Assembly (NCBI RefSeq): GCF_036321535.1
Contig: NC_087472.1
Location: forward strand, 96,846,001 to 96,910,000
Source of the DNA: Camelus dromedarius
Lineage: Eukaryota
Direction of reading: 5' to 3'
DNA length: 64,000 nucleotides
Below, in pieces: positions 1 to 11,600 of this stretch. The stretch's first letter is position 1, and each line of letters starts with the position of its first letter. Made by a program: the position numbers and the translations under genes. The notes under the pieces are model-generated. The model was given only the letters and a program-made list of their open reading frames with translations. It was not told where the DNA came from and ran no database searches.

Positions 1-14
1 GAAAGATAGACAAT

Positions 15-964
15 ATGAGATGGCAAAGGAATATCTCCCAGGCCAAGCCACAAGATAAAATCCCAGAAGAGGAAATAAGTGATGAGGAGACAGGCAATTT
101 ACCTGAGAAGAGTTTAAAGTAATGATGGCGAAGATGTTCAGAGAACTCAAGAGGAGTACAGATGCACAGAGTGAAGTCTTTAGCAAAGAGTTGGAAAATA
201 TAAATAACATCCAGAGTTGAAGAATAAAATCACTAAAATGAACAACACACTAGAAGGAAGCAAAAATAGACTAAATGAGGCAATGGAATAGATCAGTGAG
301 CTAGAAGACAGATTAGTGGAAATCACTACTGAAGAACATAAAAAAAGAAAAAAGAATAAAAAGGAATGAGGATAGTTTAAGAGAACTCTGGGACAACATG
401 AAGCACACTAATATTTGCATTATAGGGGCCCCAGAAAGAGAAGAGAGAGAGAAAGGACCTGAGAAAATTTTTGGAGAGATAATCACTGAAAAATCCCCCA
501 ACTTGGGAAAGGAAACAGTCACCCAAGTCCTGGAAGCACAGAGAGTACCACACAGGATCAACCCAAAGAGGAACACACCAAGGCACATAGTCATCAAATT
601 GACAACAATTAAGGATAAGGAGAAAATATTAAAATTAGCAAGAGAAAAGCAACAAGTAACATACAAAGGAACTCCCATTAGGTTATCAGCTGATTTTTCA
701 GCAGAAACTCTACAGCCAAGAAGGGAGTGGCACGATATATTTAAAGTGATGAAAGGGGAAAACTTACAACCAAGAATACTCTATCCAGCAAGGCTCTCGT
801 TCAGACTTGATGAAGAAATCAAAAGCTTCACAGATAAACAAAAGCTAAAAGAATCAGCACCACCAAACCAGCTTTACAACAAATGTTAAAGAAACTTCTC
901 TAGTCACCAAACCATAAGAAAAGAGAACAAAAAAGAAGAAAGAGGGAAAAAAAGACCTACAAAA
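15..964 (+). mobile_element. LINE-1 ORF1 region, frameshifted
   Basis: ATG at 15 (MRWQRNISQ...). ORF 398..889 is typical ORF1p (NICIIGAPERE...TPRHIVIK...PIRLSADFSAETLQ...QPRILYPARLSF). The original stop is at 901..903. Confidence 0.92.
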
Positions 965-1480
965 GATTGCTTTGGCTGTTCGGGGTCTTTTGTGGTTCCT
1001 TATAAATTTTGGAATTGTGTGTTCCAGTTTTGTGAGGAATGTTGCGAGTATTTTGATGGTGCTTGCGTTGGATCTGTGGATTGCTTTGGGTAGTGTGGCC
1101 ATTTTGATAGTGTTGATTCTTCCAATCCAAGAGCACGAGAAATCTTTCCATTTCTTTGTGTCATTTTGGCTTTCGGAGTATAGGTAACTTCCTTGGTTAG
1201 GTTTATTTCTAGGTATTTTGTTGTTTTTGATGTAATGGAAATGTTTCTGCCGGTTATAAAATTCTGCTTTTTGAAGTGCAAAAAAATAAAGTGAGTGAAG
1301 GGCCGCAAATGGCAAAGTATCCTTCTTTCTTATGGTGAGCTGTATTCCATTACATATATGTGTGCTGCATCTCCATTATCTGTTCAACTATTGATGTGCA
1401 CTTAGGATGCTCCCATATCTTGGCAATTATAAATAATGTTGCTGTTAACAGCAGGGTGTATGTATCTTTTTGAGTTAATT
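965..1480 (-). mobile_element. LINE-1 ORF2 / 3' fragments, antisense to the adjacent ORF1
   Basis: The minus strand encodes [28 protein letters not shown]...[15 protein letters not shown] (ORF2p); a degraded 3' end follows at 1310..1480. Confidence 0.85.
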
Positions 1481-1599
1481 CTTATTTTGTGGTTGGCTTT
1501 ATTCCTTTGATAACTATGTAAATTAAAAAAGCTAAAGCTCTAAACGTTCCTAGAAACAATGAACAGTACATATATGTAAATTTAAAAAATATGTGCAGT

Positions 1600-2135
1600 A
1601 AAAAAAAAAAAAAGAAATGAGCTATCAAGCCATGAAAGACATGGAGGAAACTTGAAAGACCTATTACTAAATGAAAGAAGCCAGTCTGAAAAGGCTACAA
1701 ACTGTACGATTCCAACCAAATGACATTCTGGAAAAGGCACAGATACAGAAACAATACAAAGATTGTGGTTTCCAGGGGAGAGGGAGGGAGGGAGGAATGA
1801 ATAGATGGAGCACAAGGGATTTTTAGGGCAATGAAATTATTCTGTATGATACTATAGTGGTGGCTACATGTCATTATGCATTTGTCAAAACCCATAGTAT
1901 GTACAACATCAAGAGTGAACCCTAATGTGAACTACGGACTTTGGTTGATAATAATGTGTCCATGTTGGTTCATCGATTGTACCAAATATGCCACACTGAT
2001 GAGGATGTTGAGGGTAGAGGAGTATGTATGTGTGGGTGGCGAGGGCTATGTGTGAACTCTCTGTATTTTGTGCTCAATTCTTCTGTGAACCTGAAACTGC
2101 TCTAAAAAAAATAAAGTCTATCAGTAAAAAAAAAA
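1600..2135 (+). mobile_element. Old L1 (L1MC-like) 3' end
   Basis: aagaaatgagctatcaagccatgaaagacatgg...gtgaaccctaatgtgaactacggactttg...ctctaaaaaaaataaagt followed by an A-tail. Confidence 0.75.
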
Positions 2136-4217
2136 TGATGGAAAGTGGGTGGGCAGGGGAATGGAGAGAAAGAGGATGCAGAGCCAGGAATGAATGGAGA
2201 GAGCCAGATTTGTTGGAGGAAGTGTATTAAATGGGAGGCAGTGACAAGGTGAAGGATGATGGGAAGATTAGGCTTGAGTAAGACAGATGTCCTTTGAAAT
2301 TTTACCATTTAAGTCCTATTTTATTGAAAGAGGCATCTTTATTGAAGTTGACACTTTGAAGTGAAGATGTCCTATCCTAAAGAGACCCTCTGATCCCATG
2401 TCACTAATAGTATGACATGTTTTACATGTTTGCCATTTCTAAGCAAGAGAAAATTGTTAGAGGAGAAACAGTATTGCTCTTGACATAAACCTTTCAACAC
2501 TTGGATTTGATGAGCAGTCATCATAAAAGTGGAGCCGAGGAAAGGTAGGAAAAGTGATAAAAATTACCGCTGTTTTGAAATTGCCTAGCCTGGGTTTTAC
2601 TTCTATTGGAGCAAGTGGGCATAATACTAAGCACTTTCATGTAACAGCTCAATAGTCTTTACAATATTTTCTTTAAGGTTTAGGGGGAAAATCACCTTTC
2701 CATTGTTTTTTCTCAACCTCCCAACTTTATCCTAGATCCTTTTGTGTAAACTCTATATTCTTGGAAATAACTTTTTTTAAAAGTGATTTCTCTATCCTAA
2801 TGAAATCGCAGCATACATCAGTTTGTTTGAAAGTTGATGATATAGTTTTCCAAGAAAATTTTCTACCTAAATTAGATATCCAAAAATATCTATAGTTGAG
2901 AAGCCCAAGGAAAGATGGTTACTAGATACTTTTCACTAATAATGCTAGTTTGAACTGATAACATATTGTTAAGTTTGTTATTTGATATTATTCTTCTACT
3001 TATAATAATGACATTGATAATGTCTTCTGTATCTGTCAGTGTATAAGGTGCCTTTTATTTGATTTTAATGGTAATTTCTGTTACTCTGAGACCATATCAG
3101 AATAGAAGGAATGGAAAATAACAGGAAAAAAAAGATGGGGTGGAGAATCTGTTAATTCAGGACAGTGATTCTCACCACTATACAACTGTTGCATGTCTCC
3201 TGGCCTGACTTTGTGACCCCTTTGCCTTCTATCCCTGCTATCCAAAATCTGGTAAAGCTTATATACTTTACAACAGCATCACCACCACACACACAGAAAT
3301 CAGGGTTGCTAAGCTGTTTCAAGAATTTTATGTGTGCTGCCTGTTGAGATAAGTGTAGATGTGGATGAATGCTAGACTGGCTGGATTTTAGCAGGGGTTC
3401 CCTGAGGTTTGAACTAAGGTAAGTGGGCTAAGTGATGAGATCTGGTTTTTTTTTCTCTTTAAATAACACCCGCAGTGGGACATCTATGGGGTTAGTTGCT
3501 TGGTACTCCTTTTCGAAGGAGTGCTCCATATCCCCATCTGAGTGGCTACTTATGGAAATAGCCATGTTAGTAGATTGTGACCTTCTCATAGGTCTGGGTG
3601 AGGGGCTTCCTGGTAAGTCAAATGGGTAAATATGACCTTGTCCTGGCAGCCACAGTCAACCAGTCCAGGGGTTGTACCTGATCCCAAGTGGACCAATGAT
3701 TTTATTCTCAGGAATTTTTGTATTTGATACAGATTTTTGGGTCAGTCTTTATGCTGTGGCTGTGACTGTAAAGTTCAGGAGTTTCTATTGCCATGTGCAG
3801 GAAGCTTTTCAATAAACAAGAGGCAGGGGACGTGGGAGGGAGGATCCTGCTTGGTTTCAGAATAGTTGCCTCAAAGCAAAACAAAACCATCACTGAAAAG
3901 GTACAGGCAATATGAACAAAACAGAAGGCGAGATCTATGCAGGTCAAAAGGCAGTCTTATGGATGTGGGACTGCAAAAAGCAGGAAAAGTTAGGTAGAGA
4001 GGAAAGATGAAGCCCCAAAGACCATGTTCCATTTGTAATTCATGAAGTGATTTTTTTAAAAAAGCCAACTTAAAATTGACAAATTTTTACTAAGCCTGGT
4101 GTTATCAGAAAAAGCATACAGTATCAATTTCTTTTAGGAAATTACCACCTTCAAGGACAAAGCAAAACTTGCATCTGTTTTGGAAAGATCCCCTCTCATT
4201 ACCTTATGTCCTCTTTA

Positions 4218-4322
4218 AAAAAAATTTTTTTTATGGTAGAGGTGATTAGATTTATTTATTTTCTGAGGAGGTACTAGGAATTGAATCCAGGACCTTTACC
4301 ACTTGAGCTACATCCTCCCTCT
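4218..4322 (-). mobile_element. tRNA-Ala-derived camelid-type SINE, internally deleted
   Basis: gaggaggtactaggaattgaatccaggacc...ccacttgagcta; imperfect TSD accttatgtcctcttta / accttgtttcctcttta. Confidence 0.8.
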
Positions 4323-4639
4323 ACCTTGTTTCCTCTTTAGACTACTTTATCATGTTTGAAATTATGTGATTTGCTAACGTGCTTGCTGACTTATTTTCCT
4401 TCCGTATAACGTAAGCCCCCTAAGGGCAGGGAGTTTTGTTTATTTTGTTACATCTCCAGAATTTACAAACAGTGTCCTGCGCACGGCCAACAGCTGAATG
4501 AAATGGAGAACCCGATCATCCAGTAAAATCTTCTTAACTCTCTGGCCTTGAATCTCTCTAGGCAAGCCGAGATTCCAACTATCAAACACCAGGGGGCAGA
4601 CCGAGACTAGAAGAGGAACAATAGAAGAGCCAAGGCGTT

Positions 4640-5330
4640 GGGGTGAAGGTCGCGTGGTCTTCAGCGAAGCGGGATAACGAAGACAAGGTCCAAGGACTTG
4701 GCCGCCCCTCGCCTCTTCGTCACTCTGGCGGTGCTGCCAGGTACATTTAATCAACAGATAGGCGGGTTCTCTAGTTAGCGACATGCTCCGCGCTGCTGAT
4801 AGAGCGGGAAGCTCCAGAGAGATGGACTCCAGCTTCTCGCCAATGAGCAGGGCTTCAGGTGCTGCGTGGGGCCCCCGGGCAGCGAGACCCCGCCCCCGGG
4901 CAGCGTAGCCCCTCCCACCACCCCTCCCTCGGGCTCGCTTCAAGGGTGCGGTCGTGGGGAGCGAGGTTTCCTCTCGCGCTCGCGCTCGCGCTCGGTGTCT
5001 TTCGCGCTCTCAATTGCCTCAGCTTCCCTCCGCCGACCGGCGGGCCGGGCCTGGGTTTCTGGTCACTTGCGCGGTGGCGGAGCGCAATGAGGCGAACGGC
5101 GCTGCGGTAGGTAGCCCGGGGCCTGGCGGGGCGCGGGCCTGGGAGCGCCCACTCGAGTCCTCCAGGCTGCTAGCGGGCCCGGGCGGAAGGAGCGGACCGC
5201 GGCATTTGGGCGGAAAATGGGGCGTGGTAGGGAAGGGCGCCCGCCTGCTGCGACCCCTCTGGGACTCCGGCCTGTTGGCCTAGGGTGGGGCACCGCGCCC
5301 CCAACCTTAGCGTCTTCTGGCCGGGAGTTT
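4640..5330 (+). promoter_or_regulatory. ACOT9 CpG-island promoter / first exon
   Basis: Dense CpG; CCAAT near 4840; GC box CCCCGCCCC near 4888; tandem CTCGCG at 4973..4990; the ATG lies inside the island. Confidence 0.85.
5087..5106 (+). CDS. ACOT9: ACOT9 coding exon 1 (MRRTAL-R)
   Basis: GCAATGA start inside the CpG island; donor CG|GTAGGT at 5107. Confidence 0.93.
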
Positions 5331-5613
5331 GATATTAAAAGTGTAGCGGCAGTTTAAGGGAGGAAGTTGGGTGTTCCCTGAAATTCCATTTTCTTTGCTC
5401 ATCAATAGTGTGGTTTTGAGTTAGTTCCTTGTCAGAAAGCTAGTACTTAGAGTTCCACATTATTTTTCCAGCCCTCTGCGCTCTTAAGGTTAAGTGCTTG
5501 ACCTACTTGGACTCTGACTTAAGGGTGTTGTGATGTGGGCAGAGGTTGCAGGGCACCTTTTGGGCTCTCAGGACCTGTGTTGTATATATAAAGGGAAATA
5601 GCCTGCGACTGAA

Positions 5614-5668
<55 letters not shown>

Positions 5669-8600
5669 AGAGTCAGAGCTCATTTCTTACATCGAGATCA
5701 TCTGCTACATGTATTATAACTGCTAATTAATGTATTGAGGGCCTGATTCCTTTGCTCTTTCAGCTAATAGTAGCAGTGGAAAATATTAGCTTTTTCCATT
5801 GTGCTTTTTAAAACCTGTTATATTCAGGTATAGAGTGCTTGTTTCTGAGATGGCAGAGTGAAGGATCACATACCCTATTTCCTCCAGTGAGGGATTTGAA
5901 CCTACAGAAGATTCATAAAATGAAATAGTGAAAAAGAAAAAAAATTCAAGTCATGTTCTGAGAAAAAGCAAATTGAAAAGTCAAGAACAAAAAGACTGAA
6001 ATATTAATCCATATATAGAAGTACAGAAATGGAAAATTTATTGTGAAAAAATAAACCCAAAATATGTAAAATAGAGGCTTTTTAGCTGTGTGATTGGAGA
6101 AAAAACACAAAACCGAAACCCCAAATGCTTTAAAAAGCCTTCTGGTCTTAGTGGACCAGCAGGGATTATATGATGACTGGCTGGCTAAGGAATTAAGTTA
6201 GCCAGCGAGTATATGCTCATATTTATGTGTTCTTTTTTAGCATAGTTGACTTGGTGAAAGGACCAGGATTTGTTCTAGCAACACAAGGGTCAAAACTCCA
6301 TGTAGATTTCACTAAATATTTGTACTGAGAGACTTCCTGAATGCTGGAATTCAGAAGAGAAATCTATAGTAAATTTGAGCTCTAAAGAAAATGAAGAGTG
6401 TTCTTTCTTTTTTTGGTTAGTCATCACTTGACTCGGCATTAGGTTGTAAGCATTTACCAGTCCACTTGAGCTACAATGAGTAACAGTATCTGGGACTCTT
6501 GACCTCTTCAATGCCTTGCCTTCTTCAGCTGTGCTCTCAACAGATCAGTTTGTCAGTCCTGATATTATATGTGTGTTATCCCTGATATGATAGTGTGTGG
6601 TTAGGAGTTGACAGGTCAGCAATAGTGAACCAAAATCAACTTAAACAGCTTATTTCTGGAGAGCAGGTTAGGCACATTTGGGTAAATAGTTTTTATTTTA
6701 TTCCATTAGGGAGTAGGAAATCTTTGCTGAAGTCCAATAAGTAAGTACTCTCTTTGAGTCTGGAAAGGGTTAATTCTGTTTTCAAAGTTGATTGATTTAT
6801 AATTGGGTTTAACTTATTAATTGAGGAAATATGGTATAATAATAAAGAACAAAATAAATGTTCATAATTGGTTTACTCAGCTGTTTACTGAATTGATTCT
6901 GGGCTTCTGAAGCTAATACATTAGAAAGAGCAAGAATAAATTCATTAACCCTGGTTGATATCTTTTATGTGTTTTGTAGATAACTCCCTAATTGGTCTCT
7001 GCTCTCAAGAAATGTTTCCTCTAGTTGAAGAGATGATTTATGGAGTAGCCTCATATGGAAATATACATACACTTGAGAAACAATTGCAGACCACTGCAAG
7101 ACAGTATTGACTAAGGGTGTGAGACAGCCGGGTGCTCTGGGAGGAGGCACAGGTCTTTGGGGTTGCCAGGGAAGAAGCCATGGAACCGAACTCTAAGTGT
7201 GTTTCATCTTGTTTTATAGGCTTTGTACCTGGAGCAAAGGGCTGTTTGCTCCCAGCAGAGGACTGACTCAAGGATCTCAGGATCCCGAGAAACAAAGAGT
7301 CTTCCACATTCGTGAAGGCAAGCATGGGTGTTTACCTTTTAGGCCATATGGGGAAAAACTGTTGTATTTGGGAGGCATATACGCAGACAGTTTAGGGCAA
7401 ATAAGGCATACCAAAGAAGATCTTTCATAAGCTTCTTATGTATAAAATGACCAGGATAGGTTTGGGTAGAAATCACATTCAGAATTTGAGCTTTGATTCC
7501 TGGGAGCCTTGGAGACCGAACTCTTTTAGTTAAATGATTTCTACTTCCTGTGTGTAGGTACTAAGGGATAGACACGGAAAAAAGAGATCTAATACATAAG
7601 CAGGAGGTGCGCCCTTCAGTTGTACCAACTAAACACTCCTAGCCTACAATTTTGTTAGAGGGACCCTGTTAATCCATGGTTAATTGAAGTTAATTTCAGT
7701 TACTAATCTGATAGGCAAACTATAAATGTCTTTATCAGTGTAAGAATATTCATTATAATGAAAATTGTGGCTTCTTTAAAGGATCCAAATAAATGTATGT
7801 GTATATATACAATTTAAAATTCTACTTTTTTGACCCTTAGCACCCACCTTTCTTGCACTGACTATAAACTGGTCATAATCATTTTATGTCAGTGAGCATC
7901 TGTGTACTATTTGGGATACTTGATACTTTCCAATCTTTTATTCAGGGAGCTCAGGAGGGAAGAAAATTAAGAACTAAGACTGATTTATTAATGTATACTT
8001 TCTGCAATTTTCTATGATATGATTGTAATTAGAATTTACACCTAATAATGGTGTATAATAATTGATGGAAAAATCAAACATTTTTTCATGAAAGTTAAAA
8101 TGCATGGCTTTGATCAAATATTTAGTGATTGCAAGGACCAAGGAGTGCTATAGTTAATTTCCTATAACTGGAGTATGTATTTTTAAATGTTACAAAAAAC
8201 TTATGAACTCAAATATTACTTAAAATCCTATAGATTTATTTTTTGCTATTGACTTACTACTGCTTATCTAATTTATTTTCCCTTTATCCGTATAGCATGT
8301 TCACCTATACATGTGAATCACGGTGTGTGTGGTAATTAGTATCAACTTTTTTTTTTTAAGTGCTTAAATTTTTTTTTGCACTGATTCATTCTTGCACTTT
8401 TGAGCAGTGGGCATTAACTAAAATTAAATTACGTTCTTTGCCTTTCCTTTTTTGCTTCATTTTTCTGGCCTAAACATTTCTAACAATTAGAGTAGTATAA
8501 ATATTTGAGAAATCAATTAGAATGAGACTCAGATTTAGATATGAGTCCTAGTCCCACAACTAAGTAATTGATCTACTACTGCCTTTAAGAAGATGGGTGG

Positions 8601-11600
8601 GGATTCTGTTCATAATTGTCTCCATCAAAAAGAGACTCCTACTGACACTAATATAGCCCCATCCAATGAATAATTGGAATTATTTTTTGTTTGTTTATAT
8701 AAATCCCAGCAATTGGCACAAGAATATTCTTCACTAAGGAGACAATAGTTGTCTCAAGTTTTCAGGAAGCAAAGGCCTTATCACTTCCCTGAGCTGTTTG
8801 TGGCATTAAATGGAAATTCATGGATCTTTCAAGCTTTTGAGCGCATGAATTGCTTTTTATAGTTCTTGAGCTCATTGCCGTAATCCAGTTCTCATATTCT
8901 TTATTTTATGGAACGACCTCTTTATTTTTGTTTTAGTTCGAGATAAGTTGCGGGAGATAGTAGGAGCATCCACAAACTGGAGGTACGCACTCTGTTCATT
9001 CATTCTTCCATCCCTGAAGTGGTATGCTAGGGTGTATTTAGGCTCAGTTGATGGTCCCAGTGTAGGATTGGGGGGACCCTTTGTTCACAAATGGGTTGAG
9101 AGGTTTTTTAACTTGGGGAAAACGATGAACATTCCAACATACTCATCAGTTGATGCATTGTTGTCATAAAATCATATGATTTACATGTACTCTTCATTTT
9201 TCACAGTGCATTCAGGTATATATTACCTCACTGATTCTCAGTGAGTCTTGTGACATGCTTATGGCATATGTTCCTATTCCTTTTTTGCATATGAGGAGAT
9301 TGAGACTTAGACATTGAATACTTAAGTACCACAGTTTGAGACTTGAACCCAAGTTTCCTGGTTTTTCTATTTCATGCAGCCTAACTCCTTTATTGCTTCT
9401 TGTAGTTCATAATTAACCAGGTCTTGATAAACAAAAAGGTCTTACTGCATAGCACAGGGAACTATATTCAATATCTTGTAATAACCTAAATGAAAAAGAA
9501 TATATATGTATAAATATATAACTGAATCACTATGCAGTATGCAAGAAACTAACACAACATGGTAAATCAACAGTACTTCAGTAAAAATAAATAAATAACT
9601 GTTAATCAGTTCTCTTTCTCTCAGTATTTCTCTGCTATAAAATAGGAGAATATCCCTCTTGATTTGTAGAATTTTGAGGCTAAAATGAGATAAAAAGAAA
9701 ACACAAGAACAGTAACAATCTATTGTTGGTATAAAATTATCTAATGAATTCTTTCTATCTTTTTATGTGAAAAATTTCAATTTACTGAAAAGTTGGAAAA
9801 TGAATGCCTATGTCCCCACCATCTGAATTGGATACTTTATGAACGTTTTTTCCAGATTTGCCAATATATATATATTGGCTGAACTATTTCTAAGTAAATT
9901 ATACGTATCATGACACTTCACCTCCTCTCCGATTATATTCCAGTGCATCTCTAATAAATGAATATATTCTATGTAACAAATTTAGCAGTCATGCATCTCC
10001 AACAAGTAAGATATTCTCTTATATAGTAAAATTGACAGTAATTCTTTAATAGTATATTATTCATTCATATTCAGAATTCCTCAGCTGTTCCCCAAATATC
10101 TTTTATAGCTTTGAAAAAAAATCAAGATCCAGTAAAGGATTACATGTTGCATTTGGTGGTTATGACTCTTGGTCTCCCCTAATCTAGAATAATAGTTATC
10201 CCTCCTTTTTTTTTTCCCCATGAGCTTGACTTTAAAGAGGCCAATCCATTTGTCTTGTCAAATGTTCTACATTCTGGATTTACCTGGGGCCCTTTGACTT
10301 GTTTCTCTATCCCTTATATTTTTTGTAGTCTACACCTTTCTGGCATTAATACTTCATAAGTAAAGCTTAGAAAGACAGCTTAATTAATGATACTGTCAAC
10401 ATTGCCTATCCCTATGTCTTTGTCTCTCTTCTTCTCTTCCACCGTAATCGTCTCTTCTTTTTGTTTCCTTTCTGTCTCCTTTTTGTGTTCTCTTCTTTAC
10501 CTTTTGCTCTGCCTTCCATACTTCTTTTGGATATACTCCATTTTTCCTCCTCTGTCTCTCTTTCTTGAAATTGAAGGCAGAGAGAGAGAGAGAGAGAGCT
10601 GGGGCACAGAGAATACGAGACTTGTCAAGGTGAGAAATGGGAATCTGGAGTTCAGTGGCCATGTCGTTCTTTAGTCCATGTATCTGTATATCCTATTACA
10701 TCAATTTCTGTATTTTTAATTTGATTTTAAAGATTCTGTTCTTTGAATACACTTTTTGATGCGATTGAATATATAGTTCATTTGGATATATCTGTTTCAC
10801 TTATGTTTTTCTTATCTACTAGTCTAAGTAATTTTAACAGAAATTTAAAAATTCACCAAGTGGCGGGGGAGGGGAGGAAGGGAAGGAAAAGGAGAAGATA
10901 TAGGTCCAGACCTGCTCTTTCCTCCATAATGGTGTCTGACTGACCTGTATGTCACTGGAGTTGTGAGATAGAACTGTCCTGTGTTTCATGAAGCTTGTGT
11001 CCTTTCTTCTCAGAGACCATGTGAAAGCAATGGAGGAAAGAAAATTACTTCATGGTTTTTTGGCTGAGTCACAAAAAGGACTGCCACCTAGGAGAATGAA
11101 AGACAGTTACATCGAAGTTCTCTTGCCTTTGGGCAGTCAGCCCGAATTACGAGAGAAATATTTGACTGTTCAAAACACTGTAAGGTAACACAGCAGTATT
11201 TTTGTTTGTGTCATTTGTTTTTATTTTATATCCTTTCCTTATTACAACTTTGAGATATAATTCACATATCGTACTGGTCACTTATTTAAAATGTGTGATT
11301 CTGTGATTTTTAGTATATTCAGAGAGTTGTGCAGCCATCACCACAATCAATTTTAGAAGATTTTCATCACCCTACAGTGTATTATCTTTCCTTAAAGGCT
11401 GATCATCATGATTTTCATTTCATCAGTTTTCTTTATTTCACAGGTTTGGCAGGATTCTTGAGGATCTTGACAGCTTAGGAGGTACTGATATTATTTTAGT
11501 ATTTTTAAATAGGTACTTATAACAATACATTGAATCCTCTGGCTGGAAAGGGTCTTTTTAATTCTTTAATTTGCACAGATGAAGATATTCTAATACAGCA

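Noticed and set aside
398..889. 163-aa ORF as a host gene or domesticated L1TD1-like gene
   Set aside because: It is a frameshifted fragment of an ordinary L1 ORF1 flanked by more L1 sequence
4440..5293. Several overlapping 74-167-aa ORFs at the ACOT9 promoter
   Set aside because: Explained by stop-codon scarcity in a CpG island; only 5087..5106 fits the gene
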